Assembly: GCF_006345805.1 (NCBI RefSeq)
Contig: NC_043016.1
Location: 10,540,001 to 10,604,000, forward strand
Reading direction: 5' to 3'
Source of the DNA: Octopus sinensis
Taxonomy: Eukaryota
DNA: 64,000 nucleotides
In this document: piece by piece, positions 1 through 12,275 of the stretch
How the letters are laid out: each line of letters opens with the position of its first letter
How positions within the stretch are numbered: the first letter of the stretch is position 1
Position numbers and translations under genes: made by a program
The notes under the pieces: generated by a model
Seen by the model: the letters and a program-made list of their open reading frames with translations, nothing else
What the model was told of the DNA's origin: nothing
Database searches by the model: none

Positions 1-958
1 TTTCAATCAAATGCTAGCTTATTTGACAGACATTTTCACTTGTATGAATGCTCTGAGTCTGTCTCTTCAAGGAAAAAAGATAAATATATTGAAATGCTGT
101 GATGAGCTAAATGAAAAATTAGCTCAACAAGTGAAAAGAGTGAATCTATCAAATTTTCCATCACTTGAAGAAATAATCAATAATAATAAATCTATAATTC
201 CTAGTATGCATGAAGAAATTGTAGATCATTTGGGAATGTTGTGAAAGTTGTTTGATGGATATTTTGCAGCAGGAAAACTGGAAACTTCTGAAGAATGGAT
301 TATGAATCCACACTGGATAATATGTCAAATGATGGGGAGCAGAAAAAGGATCTTAGTGTGACTGCATGCAAATCATGTTCTTGAAATGTAATTTGAAAGC
401 AAGACTTTGGAAGAGTATTGGTGCTGGGCTATGGATATGTTTCCAAGACATTGTGAAAAAGCACCAGCTGCACTCATCCCATTTGCAACTACATTCTTAT
501 GTGAGTCTAGATTTAGTACTCTTTTGTCAATCAGGACAAAATCTACAAATCATTTCACTGCACAGGCAAACATGTGGATTACTATCAGCAACATAATGCC
601 ACACTTTGAAGAACTCATCACCAAGAATCAGGAACAAAAGATTCATTAAACTTAAATTCATTTATGAACATTTGAGCGTTAGTTCTTTTGATTTTCTATT
701 TTATAAAAATAAAATTTATTTTAGTAAAATTTATTTTAATTTGTTATAATTTGTTGAGTTCTTTCGATTTTCTATTTTGTAAAAATAAAATGTTATAATA
801 AAATTTATTTTAATTTGTTATAATTTGTTTAGTTTGTATAAAAAATTAAATAATATAAAATATGTTCCTCAAATTTAGTGTAAGTTCACCCTCATTATCG
901 TTAAATAAATCATTAATATTTTAGGAATATGAACATAACAAAAGGTTGGGAACCACTA
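1..958 (+). mobile_element. hAT (Charlie/Buster-like) transposon 3' remnant
   Basis: Broken frames read LAYLTDIFTCMNALSLSLQG and LIPFATTFLCESRFSTL, matching the hAT C-terminal dimerization region. Right TIR ggttgggaaccacta is at 944-958. Confidence 0.8.
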
Positions 959-1099
959 TGTAAAGGTTATAAGACATGGACATTATGAAAACCAAGTTCC
1001 TCCAAACTTTAATAGTCTTTTGCTGTGACATCCTGTTACCCCTTATCTTTGAAAAGAGACTTAGGCTCAGTTCAGATGGCTATGCGAAGCTGTGGTAGT

Positions 1100-1590
1100 C
1101 TGTGGTCAAACTTTGGTTGGAGAGGGTTACCACTGGAAGGTCATATGTGTGGCATAGGATTTGGTTCCTTGCCTTAAGTTTGGAAAGAGTCAGAAGTAGT
1201 TGTTAGGGAATTTCTATAACTTCACCAGTCCCAACTTTTGGCCAACTAATCCCTCTGATTGAATTCGCATGGGTTACTATGTGTGGAGTGTGGTTGAGAA
1301 AGACACCAACCATTCTGCATGTGACATCAAAGCTGAGCTGATGGTCAAGATCAAGAAGGTGTTAGAAGAGCTACCCAGGAGTACAATGAGGAATGCATGG
1401 CATGGGTTCCAGGGCCATCTTGAGGCCATGCTAGAAGCTGAGAGAGGCTATTTTGAGTAAACTGTTATCTCCCAGCCATAATCTAGTGGATATTTTTTGA
1501 TTTTTTAAAATACTTTTATTTTTAGATGGAATGATGTGTTTTCTTTTTCCTTTACACAAATTGCCAAATTTAGCCCAAACATTCTGCATG
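1100..1590 (+). mobile_element. Tc1/mariner transposase C-terminal remnant
   Basis: FWPTNPSD*..YYVWSVVEKDTN...LEAMLEAERGYFE* is a degenerate WPPNSPDLNPLDY motif plus transposase C-terminus. Confidence 0.7.
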
Positions 1591-1634
1591 TATGTATGTA
1601 TGTATGTAGGTATGTATGTATGTATGTATGTGTG

Positions 1635-1668
<34 letters not shown>

Positions 1669-1807
1669 TGTATGTATGTATGTGGGTGTGTGTGTGTATG
1701 TATGTATGTGTGTATGTATGTATGTATGTATGTATGTATGTATGTATGTAGGTATGTATGTATGTATGTATGTGTGTATATATGTATGTATGTATGTATG
1801 TATGTGG

Positions 1808-1839
<32 letters not shown>

Positions 1840-1888
1840 ATGTATGTATGTATGTATGTATGTATGATTGTATGTAAGTATGTATGTA

Positions 1889-1919
<31 letters not shown>

Positions 1920-2001
1920 GTGTGTATGTATGTATGTATGTATGTATGTATGTATGTGTGTATGTATGTATGTATGTATGATTGTATGTATGTATGTATG
2001 T
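1586..2001. repeat. (TATG)n/(TG)n compound microsatellite
   Basis: Read directly from the sequence. It generates the spurious YVCM/HTYI ORFs. Confidence 0.95.
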
Positions 2002-2197
2002 ATCACCTGTAAAAAAATATAAATCCAACACAAGAAGCACAGTCTAAGAGCAGTATGTATTAAAAATGGGGGAAGGTCAGTTTATGGGATTACTTTAGGT
2101 TTCCTGTCCATAAAAGGTTTAGTTTATGGCATATTGTCAGATCCCATAAACCAGCCTTTCCCATTATATATATATATATGTATAAATATATATATAT

Positions 2198-2520
2198 ATC
2201 AAAATAAGCAACAAGGATATCCAGAGATAATGCAGTACGATTGTTTCATGCAATTCCATTTAATTGAACAACACAACAATTACATCAATTTAAATGCAGA
2301 GCAATCCTCAGCTGCAGAAAGACATAGAATTTAATTAAATTAAAACAGATGGACACATTAGTATAATTTTACCTAAAATCTTCAAGAAGGTATGGTGATA
2401 GACAAAGAACATGCTGCCTTCACTTCAGCTTAGATTGCTTTACATTTAAATTGATGTAATGGTTGCATTGTTTGATCGTACAGCATTACCTCTGGATATC
2501 CTTGCTGCTTATTTTGATTT
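2198..2520. repeat. Imperfect inverted repeat (foldback relic)
   Basis: atcaaaataagcaacaaggatatccagag (2198) is the reverse complement of ctctggatatccttgctgcttattttgat (about 2490-2519). Arms are about 100 bp. Confidence 0.65.
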
Positions 2521-3561
2521 TAAATCACCTTATTTTGAAATTGTATGGATAATACTGTACTAAATTCTGGTGCCCCAACTTAAGCACCATATTCATCTGA
2601 ATCTATTTATAAATTTGTGTGTGTGTGTGCGTGTGTGTGTGTGTGTCTGTATGTGCGTGTGTGTATGTGTGAATGTGTGTGTATGTTTGTGTGTGTGTGT
2701 GTGTGTGTGTGTGCATGTGTGTGTATGTGTGTGGTGTGTGCTTCAGCTATGCAAGTCATGCAGTGCATAGCCATTTATTTTTTTTATATAAAACAAAAAT
2801 AAATTTAATAATGTAATTTATTTGTAACAATGTCAAAAAAATGAAAATGAAACTGGCTTGTTATTAATTTGTTTGGGAGAAGACCATCAGGTGCAATATG
2901 AACAAAGCATTATTTGGATCATTGAAAACAACTCTATTCTGACCTCATTTCGTTCCTATCCAATTCGAAATAGCTTTGAAGTCAACCAAAGTTAAAAATG
3001 CACGAAGGTTCTTGTCTTGAGCCTCCTTTCTCTGTCTGTGAATATCTCTCCCTGTCTCTATCTTTATACTTGTACATTATTTAATCTTTAAGCTTAATGT
3101 CAGTAACCATGCCCTTGTTCAAGAAAAATTACAAAAATTCTTATACGGGGCTGTGTGCTTCACAGTTCCAGCGATGCGGTGTTTGGCAGTTGTGCACATG
3201 TGCACACATGACTGAGGCAAGAACCTGCATACTGGTTAGACAGAACACTGCTGCTCATGCAGAGCCAACCCTGTCATCTGAGTGTAAAGTAGTATTTATT
3301 TTGACTCAGCTTGTGTTGTGCTTGAAAATTGACTACCGTATTCTTGAATGTGACAAACTGTAGATGTGTACCCCAACTCAGTTGAAGGGAACCTTAATCA
3401 TGTGAGTTCTGTACCAACTTCACTAGTGCTGGTGGCGTAAGAGAAGCACCCAATAAATGCTACAAAGTTATCGGCTTAGCAAGGGCATTCGGCTGTAATG
3501 AAATGATTCAATGCATATATGTATGTTTGTGTGTGTGTGTTGTTTATATATAATATATATT

Positions 3562-3616
<55 letters not shown>

Positions 3617-3999
3617 TATATATATGTATGTGTATGCATATATATTATATATAAACCACACCACACATATGTATAGGTGCAGTGAATAGCTACTCTATTT
3701 AATTCATAGATTTTTGGGGCTGTTTTATTGCATAGAATATATAGATGATTTAACCATGACTGCCTTGCATCCCCAAGAACTATGTCCTGTGACATGAAGT
3801 GAACTTCAACAGCTTTAGTTTACACAGTTGTCTCTCCACGAGAAAGCTACAGTTGAGAAAAGAGGCCGTTCAAATATCTTAATATTCAAATATCTCAGCC
3901 AGGAATGAGCAACAACAAGATGTACATATGTGGTTTTAATTCTGAATGGAATCAGCGAAAATGTTGGCTCTGTTGCTGTGAATTGAAAAAAATGTGGAA

Positions 4000-4305
4000 G
4001 CACAGCACACTGGCCTAGTGGTTACAGCAGCAGACTCGTGGTCAAGGGATCACGGGTTCGAATCTCAGACAGGGTGATGTGTGTGTTTATGAGCGAAACA
4101 CCTAAGCTCCACATGGCTTCGGTAGAAGGTAATGGCGAACCTCTGCTGACTCTTTTGCCACAACCTTCTCTCACTCTTTCCTCCTGCATCTTGCAGCTCA
4201 CCTGTGATGGACTGGCAGCGTCCCATCCAGGTGTGGAACATATACGCCAAGGAAACCGGGAAATCGGCTCTTATGAGCCAGGGATGGCTCGAGAAGGAAC
4301 AAATT
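4000..4305 (+). mobile_element. tRNA-derived SINE, family E
   Basis: A box tggcctagtggtt and B box ggttcgaatc, with a ggaacaaa tail. Homologous to 35635-35922 and 53043-53345. Confidence 0.75.
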
Positions 4306-4489
4306 GAAAAATGCATTGTTTTGCTCTCTGCGCTTGCTGTTTGGAGGTGATGTAATGTGGACAAAAACAGCGATAACATCTACTGCAGGTAAAACCACTT
4401 AACACAATAGAGAGAGAGAGAGAAGTGATGCCTCTCATGCACTTTTTTATATTCTCTCTAATGTTTCCCCTCAATGGCTGAAATTACGA

Positions 4490-4905
4490 GCTTCAGCAAT
4501 TGGTACCATTCATTGCACGACAAGGCCTTCTCCTCCCAAGTGTCTAAGGAGATACAGGAGTTCTACTTATGTCTCTTCAGCATATCTCCATATCACAATA
4601 TCTGGCCACCATGGCTCTGCCTGCCCTGATGCAGTTCAGTATAGAAAACTGTCTTTGAGAACCTGACAGGTTCTCAAGGACAATCCTGCAAACTTATCCT
4701 GCCCAGCACTGATGCAATGAGGTAATGAGGGCCTTCACAGTTACTGTGCTAGCACGGTGCAGGATCTCTGCATCAGGAACACGATCCTGCAATCTGATAT
4801 GCAAGATGGAGTGCAGATGAAAAAAGTTGGGATCCTGTCAGGGCCATGATGTGAGTTCAGGTGGCACAGTGGCACTGTACATCTTTGACGTCATGGCAAC
4901 TCCCC
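4490..4905 (-). mobile_element. RTE-clade LINE ORF2 C-terminal relic
   Basis: The minus strand reads LHIRLQDRVPDAEILHRA..., with stops and frameshifts. Confidence 0.6.
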
Positions 4906-4967
4906 AGCAAGAATAGTCAACATTCGACCTATGACAGACAGCAGCAGTAGCAACAGAAGGTGAAAAG

Positions 4968-5240
4968 GTGAAGGAGGAGGAGGGGGAGGAGGAGGAGGAA
5001 AAGAAGGAGAAGGAGAAGAAGAAGGAGGAGAAGAAGAAGAAGAAGAAGAAGAAGGAGATGGAGGAGGAGGGGGAGGAGGAGAAGGAGGAGAAGAAGAAGG
5101 AGGAGAAGAAGAAGGAGATGGAGGAGGAGGAGAAGGAGGAGGAGAAGAAGAAGAAGGAGGAGGAGGAGAAGAAGAAGAAGGAGGAGGAGGAGGAGAAGAA
5201 GAAGAAGAAGAAGAAGAAGAAGAAGAAGAAGAAGAAGAAA
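4968..5240. repeat. (GAG/AAG)n polypurine tract
   Basis: Read directly from the sequence. It is the source of the E/K-rich and poly-L ORFs. Confidence 0.95.
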
Positions 5241-5644
5241 CAGCATATATATGGGTAACTGTGTAGCTCCTCTACAGCAACAAACCTGCTGTGTTTTGCC
5301 GAACCCTGCTTCTCTCTTTAACCCCTCATCCCAAAGCATAAAGTTGCCTCCCCATTTTGTGTACCCCAACTCAGTTGGACAGGGACCTTAATTATGTGAG
5401 TTCTGTGCCAACTTCACTAGTGCTGGTGGTGTAAGAAAAGCACCCAATACATGCTACAAAGTTATTGGCTTTAGGAAGGGCATTCAGCTGTGATGCAATG
5501 ATTCAATAATGCAGTCATCTAACACATGCTAGCATGAAAAAATGAACATAAAACCAAACCAAACAAACATGTTCATTTCTCTCCTCTGCCTCTCCCTTCA
5601 TACATATGCATGTGTCTTTACACATAAATATCTTTATATATATA

Positions 5645-5945
5645 CTTTATTTAAAAGCAGCAGAAATTTAACAAAAGCTGTTACTCAGAGTTTCATGTTC
5701 CCATTTGTGAGACAGTTTTGTTAAAATCCATTTTAACAAATCCATTTTTAAAGGTGTATCGTTTATGCTAGTTTGGATCGAATTGTCATCTCGGTTCCAT
5801 TTTAACAAAACTGTCTGACGAACGGGAACGAGAAACTCAGAGTAACAGCTTTTGTTAAATTTCTGCTGCTTTTAAATAAAGCATATTACTCTACCTCTGG
5901 TATTTGAGTACTCTTTTTTCCACCTTGTTTCACATTTATGTGCTT
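5645..5945. mobile_element. Penelope-like element terminal relic with inverted arms
   Basis: 5645-5726 and 5800-5881 are inverted copies that each carry a hammerhead motif. The relic ends at a (TA)n run. Confidence 0.6.
5801..5859 (+). ncRNA. Minimal type I hammerhead ribozyme motif
   Basis: Stem I is tttaacaaaactgt/acag(c)ttttgttaaa. Core CTGACGA 5815-5821, stem II acgggaacga, GAAAC 5832-5836, palindromic actcagagt, GTA cleavage triplet 5842-5844. Confidence 0.65.
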
Positions 5946-5965
5946 ACTCCGGGTATATATATATA

Positions 5966-6270
5966 TCATCATCATCATCATCGTTTAGCGTCTGTTTTCC
6001 ATGCTAGCATGGTTGGATGGTTCAACTGGGGTCTGTGAAGCCAGAAGGCTGCATCAGGCCCAGTCAGATCTGGCAGTGTTTCTACGGCTGGATTGCCCTT
6101 CCTAACGCCAACCACTCCGTGAGTGTAGTGGGTGCTTTTACGTGCACCCGCACAGGTGCCAGACAGAGCTGGCAAACTGCCACGACGGATGGTGCTTTTT
6201 TATGTGCCACCGGCACGGGGGCCAGGCGAGGTTGGCAACGGACATGAACGGATGGTGCTTTTTACGTGAA
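5966..6270 (-). mobile_element. SINE-like family B with (GAT)n tail
   Basis: Starts (cat)n-cgtttagcgtc...ccatgctagcatgg on +. The family has more than 10 copies in the window. Confidence 0.8.
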
Positions 6271-6420
6271 TTATTATTTGATGGAATAAAATCCAAACTT
6301 ACAAGGAAAAAAATTCAATTTAGAAATACTAAATCAAATTTCACACAATATAATCATCATCATCATCATCATCGTTTAGCGATATATATAAACACACACA
6401 CACATACACATTCATATATA

Positions 6421-7285
6421 CAGGGTATGGTGAATAGACTGTCGTCTAAATTAGGCAGAAATGAAAATAACACTGACATCTAATTTTAACGGATACATTT
6501 ACCAAAATTTCATTAAAATATCTTGAAATTTTAAAGAGTAAATTTATTCAATAAAATCACCATTGGCTTCAACCTTGGCTCCACACGATTTCAGATTCTC
6601 CTGCAACTCTTTTGGACACTCTCTTTGTTTAATTTGATGAATGCTGTCATAATTCTTGCCTTCAGTTCATCTTTGGTGTCACGAGGAGTTTTGCTGGTCT
6701 CTCGCTCAACTGTGCCCCACACATAATAATCAAAGGGGTTGCTGTCTGGGAAGTTAGGTGGCCAGATGTTAGGGGTAAGGTGGTCGCAGAAGCTGTCTGA
6801 CAGCCATGACTGGGTTCTCCTGCTTGTGTAGCATGGTACAGAGTCTTGTTACCAGACATTAGGGTCTTCCAACAACCATTCTCTTGACCCAGGGCAGCAC
6901 TACCTCCTTCAGGCACTTGAAGTAGGCTTCCATGTTGAGTTTGAGGAAAAAGGAAGGGAGACATAACGTTACCATCGTTAGTGATCACTCCCAACACCAT
7001 GATGTTGACTGGATGTTTGATTTTTATTACTCTCAGTACATGCCCTGATTGAACTGTCCTCTAATTGACACTCTGATATGTTCATATTGGAGCTCCTAGC
7101 ATGAATGCCAAGCAGTACAGCATGTCGTTTCCAAATTCATGGCAGAGTGAATTGCATCATGGTGCTCTTTTTCTCACAGATGGTGCCCAGCTGACCCTAC
7201 TATACTGTGTAGTCATCAAAAATAAACAGTGTGCATGTGTGAAATTAAAAATATAAAATGGTCACAATTTACCCATTGCACCCTG
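6421..7285 (-). mobile_element. Internally deleted Tc1/mariner element
   Basis: Ends cagggt.../...caccctg. The minus strand reads MVLGVITNDGNVMSPF and IWPPNFPDSNPFDYYVWGTVERE. Confidence 0.8.
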
Positions 7286-7536
7286 AATATACATACATAC
7301 ACATATATATACATATATTGCCGGTGCCACATAAAATTGCTTGTGTAGTGCCATGTAAAAGTATCCAGCACATTCTGTAAAATGGTTGGCATTAGGAAAG
7401 GTATTTAGCCATAGAAACCAAGCCAAATCAAACTGGAGCCTGGTGCTGCTCTCCAGATTGTCAGCTCTTAACAAACTGTCCAACTCATGCCAGCATAGGC
7501 AACGAATGTTAAGTGATGATGATATACATGTATACA

Positions 7537-7826
<290 letters not shown>

Positions 7827-10210
7827 TGTTTCTTTATTAGCCACTCAGGGCTGCACACAGATAGAACAAATTACAAGGTAGAGCTTTTCTTTTGAAGGTT
7901 TAAAAAAAAAAAAAAAAAAAAATAATAATAATAATAATAATAATAAAATAAAAAATAAAATAAAATAAAAAAGGGGGGGTCGATCAAAAGGGATCGTAAA
8001 AGGAGAGAAAGAGGACAAAAAAAGGGTGGGTTAAAAAAAAAAGGGGGAGAGGAAAAAAATTGATCAATAGGGATCGTTATCACAGAAATGTCAATATGAA
8101 GTGTAAAGGGGAGGACAGGTGAGGTTTACCCGTGGAAAGAAAAGCCTACGGAAAAGACCACGGTAACCTCGGTCATGAAGTCACATTATATTTCTTTTTT
8201 TTTTTTTTTTTTTTTTTGCAAATAAGCACTCTCTGTATTAATTTTTACGGTTCATAGAATCATAGTCAAGGTGGCTTCGTCATTCATACGTGCCATCCTT
8301 GCTACATTCACCCATCTTTTTTTAAAACATTCACTAGACAAAACTTGCCTCTCTACTCTCACTTTTTTCTTCAAGTGATACTTGAAGAAGTTGATGAGAG
8401 ATTGACCAGAGAGGAAAGTGTTTGTCTCTAATCCTTTCAGACGCGTCCACCAGATACATTCTTTCGCCATAGCCACAAGTATGATAAAAATAGCTCTTCC
8501 TTCCCGTTTGAAGGAAGGAGGCGTGACGATATTAACGATAGACTCGGCGGATAAACCGACACGTCCCACACGTGACAGCAGTCGTTCGACATAAGCCCAC
8601 AGGTGGGAAATTGCTGGACACTGCACGATTGCGTGCAGAGCGGTTTCGTCGCTCTGCCCGCATCTCGGGCAGGTCGGCCCCGTGTTCTCGAGCCATGCCT
8701 ATAGAGCTTATCCCGAACGGGTAGCGCTTCTCGGTAGCACCGCCAGGCCAGGGATCTCTGGAAGTTGTCCATAGGTCCGGGCCGAAAGTCGTTTGAAACA
8801 GGCGGGTCAGGTATTCCTCGTCGACGCCCAGGTTTGCCCCGAGCTCGTCGTCGTACCTCCCCTCCACTAATCCCTTATAGCATGCTTTGGTTGTGTTGAA
8901 GTCACTCAAGGTCGACCCGGGACGGCAGAGTTGCTTGAGAGCAACGCGACACTCGCGGTGCCATTCGCCCTTCTTCGGCCTCTTTTTGATCCACGACTGT
9001 AGTTCGGTCATGGAGACGAGTTGCGGAATGCGTGCCTCACAAACGGCGACCACACCTGTTCACCGTCGTCTACATAGAGCCGGAGATGTCGCAGTCTCAG
9101 CGCGTGTCTGCGCATCATCAACCACGGCATGCCCAGCCCCCTTTTAACGGGTGTTGACAGCATATGGATCGCCTGACCATCGGGACGCATCCTTTCCACA
9201 AGAAGCGGAAGAGGATGCGTTGTAGTTTGGTGATGGTAGGGTCGGGACAAGGTACGACGGTCAGGCGGTAGTAGATGATGGACGCGATGTACGCGTTCAC
9301 CACCTCGCCCAACCTTTTAGGGACAGTTTCCTCTTGGCCCATTGCTGGCGAGAGTGACCACCCTACTCGTTATCTCGTTCCAGTTCTTCTCCATTTGGAG
9401 GTCCGGACCGAACCAGACCCCGAACAACTCAACGGGCCGTCTGTCCAGCGTCACGAGGAGAGGTACTGGTGGACGGCATGGGCTTGCTTCTCCAGGTGCC
9501 GAGCCGCAAGCCCACTGACTTTTCCCGGTTGATTTTTGCTCCTGTCACCGCTTCGTAGTCTTTCAGTGTCTCGCCGACCCGCTCGATGTGCTCGTGGCTT
9601 GACACTATGACGGTGACGTCGTCCGCGTATGCAGACACGCTCGTCCCGCATCCTAATTCTCGCGGGATGCCCCTCAGAGTCGCCAGCTTCCACAGTAGTG
9701 GCTCAAGAGTCAATACGTATAGAAGCGCCGAGAGGGGGCATCCCTGACGGACCGAACGTGCAATGTCGAAGGGTCTCGATAGATGTCCATTTACGCGAAT
9801 TACCGAACGGATGCCTCTGTACAAGGCAGCTATCCAGCCGCGGAAGACGGGACCGAAACCAGCCGCTCTCAGGACTGCCTCCAAGTATCGATGGTCTACC
9901 CTATCAAAGGCTTTCGATTGATCCAAGTTGATCAGGGGGCCACCCATGCCAGGTTCGTTAACTACCCTGTCTATGATGTAGCGCATCAGATGGAGGTTGT
10001 CATGGATGCTCCGGCCAGGCACGGCGCACGTTTGTGCGTTGTCGACCAGTTTCTCCATGACAAGCGCCAACCTCTTGGCTAACACCTTTGTCAAAATTTT
10101 CAGGTCTGCATTGAGCAGAGTGATTGGCCTAAAGTTATCTATAGTTTTCCCTTGTTTGGATCTTTCTTCAGCAGAGTTACAGCTCCTCGACTCACAAAAA
10201 CGGGTATGCA
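7827..10210 (-). mobile_element. 5'-truncated L1/Tx1-clade non-LTR retrotransposon
   Basis: Contains the RT domain, a C-terminal Cys/His motif, a 3'UTR of about 425 bp and AATAAA (tttatt 7833-7838 on +). GC- and CpG-rich relative to its flanks. Confidence 0.9.
8252..10205 (-). pseudogene. Frameshifted ORF2 (RT plus C-terminal zinc-knuckle region) of the Tx1-like LINE
   Basis: Motifs NFRPITLLNADLKIL, NLDQSKAFDRVDH, VRQGCPLS, SAYADDV, GAKINREKS, LAWRCYREALPVRDKL and HAIVQCP are spread across several frames. Confidence 0.88.
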
Positions 10211-10227
10211 GATAGATAGATAGATAG

Positions 10228-10293
<66 letters not shown>

Positions 10294-10310
10294 TAGATAA
10301 TAGATAGATA

Positions 10311-10343
<33 letters not shown>

Positions 10344-10356
10344 AGATAGATAGATA
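10211..10356. repeat. (GATA)n microsatellite at the 5' truncation junction of the LINE
   Basis: Read directly from the sequence. Confidence 0.95.
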
Positions 10357-10706
10357 AATATATATATATAGAGAGAGAGGCATAGGTATATATTATTTGC
10401 AAGAATTTGGATTTGAAACCACTTGAAGCTAATAAGATCATATTTTAAAAGAGTCATATTAAAATACACAAACACACTCATCATTTTTTGTCTCATGTTT
10501 AAATTATATTTTCCCATAAACATTTCATTGTACCATTCCTGTGACCTTCTCAATAATTTTAGATTTTCAAAGGAATTTGATTTACCATCTCTTATTTTTC
10601 TTGTGTACTAAGTTATGTTCCAAACGCATGGCAAGAGTGCGGGAACTGTCATCAAGTAATGGTTTTGGTTTATATTTATTTATTTAACATATTTATTTAT
10701 TTAATA

Positions 10707-11097
10707 TAGGCGCCGGAGTGGCTGTGTGGTAAGTAGCTTGCTAACCAACCACATGGTTCCGGGTTCATTCCCACTGCATGGCACCTTGGGCAAGTGTCTT
10801 CTACTATAGCCTCGGGCCGACCAAAGCCTTGAGAGTGGATTCGGTAGACGGAAACTGAAAGAAGCCCGTCGTATATATGTATATATATATGTGTGTGTAT
10901 GTGTGTGTGTTTGTGTGTCTGTGTTTGTCCCGCTAGCATTGCTTGACAACCGATGCTGGTGTGTTTACGTCCCCGTCACTTAGCGGTTAGAATAAGTACT
11001 GGGCTTACAAAGAATAAGTCCCGGGGTCGAGTTGCTTGATTAAAAGGCGGTGCTCCAGCATGGCCGCCGTCAAATGACTGAAACAAGTAAAAGAGTA
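10707..11097 (+). mobile_element. SINE family A (tRNA-like head, internal TA/TG microsatellite, (aagagt)n tail)
   Basis: Head ggagtggctgtgtggtaagtagc...ggttccgggttca and tail acaagtaaaagag. About 20 full or partial copies in the window. Confidence 0.85.
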
Positions 11098-11617
11098 TAC
11101 TTTTTGTTTTGTCACTGCCAATATAGAAACATTTCTAATCTTGTATTATTGTGGCATCAAGTGGTAGTTAAGTATTGCTACATTATTTAGTCTTTCTACC
11201 AAGTGTACATGAAGGGTTAATATCCCCACTCAGATTTATAAATCATCCACAAACTATCTAAATGTTAGATCTCTTGGATGCGTGGAAAGGAGTTTTACTT
11301 CAAGAATTTTTATTGATCCATTCTCTTTCTGTATGCCATATTGAAAGAGTATAGATGGCTAAATACCTTTCCTAATGCAAACCACTTTACAGAATGTGCT
11401 GGGTACTTTTACATGGCACTAAACAAGCAATTTTATGTGGCACCGGCAATATATGTGTATGTATGTATATTCAGGGTGCAATGGGTAAATTGTGACCATT
11501 TTATATTTTTAATTTCACGCATTCATACTGTTTATTGTTGATGATTAAACAGTATATTAGGGTCAGCAGGGCACCATCTATGAGAAAAAGAGCACCATGA
11601 TTCAATTCACTCTGCCA

Positions 11618-12021
11618 TAATCTCCAGGGATACAGGCATCCAGCAACAGGACCTCCGTAATGCCATGATGGACCGTGAAGTCTGGCGTAGCATGGTAAAT
11701 TCCATTGTCTCGACCACGGTCGCGATACCAGAGGGCGCACACTCTCCTACCCTGATGTAATCTCCAGGGATACAGGCATCCAGCAACAGGACCTCCGTAA
11801 TGCCATGATGGACCGTGAAGTCTGGCGTAGCATGGTAAATTCCATTGTCTCGACCACGGTCGCGATACCAGAGGGCGCACACTCTCCTACCCTGATGTAA
11901 TCTCCAGGGATACAGGCATCCAGCAACAGGACCTCCGTAATGCCATGATGGACCGTGAAGTCTGGCGTAGCATGGTAAATTCCATTGTCTCGACCACGGT
12001 CGAACAATGATGATGATGATG
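11618..12021 (+). repeat. 140-bp tandem array of an RTE-like LINE 3' end with (ATG)n tail
   Basis: aatctccaggga recurs at 11619, 11759 and 11899. It encodes ISRDTGIQQQDLRNAMMDREVWRSMVNSIVSTTVE, and the last copy ends aacaatgatgatgatg. Confidence 0.85.
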
Positions 12022-12275
12022 CATCTTTCCCATGTATTTTTGTGAAAGTTCTGTAATCCTTCCACCTACAACACTAGGGGCTGTTTTTCCTATGAGGGAG
12101 AGTAGAAAAGTTCCTGGCTTTGGGTAAAAGAAAATACAGGTTAATAAGTAAATTATGTTTCTATTAAGCAGATTCCCCTCTCAGATTCACATACTTATTG
12201 CAGCGGTCCTTCAGTTTTTCTATGCCCTGTCAAAAAACTCAGAAGGTTGATCCTCCAACCAGGTCTTTCATGATA

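Noticed and set aside
1431-2040. Long ORFs such as HTYI/YVCM repeats (also 22.5-23.0, 24.6-26.1, 48.7-49.3 and 59.3-61.3 kb)
   Set aside because: They are translations of TA/TG/TATG microsatellites that lack stop codons.
4929-5369. Poly-Leu and Glu/Lys-rich ORFs
   Set aside because: They arise from the GAG/AAG tract, with no splice or homology support.
9429-10553. 374-aa ORF read as an intact gene
   Set aside because: It is a chimera of flank, (TCTA)n and truncated LINE RT. The true frame shifts near 10150.
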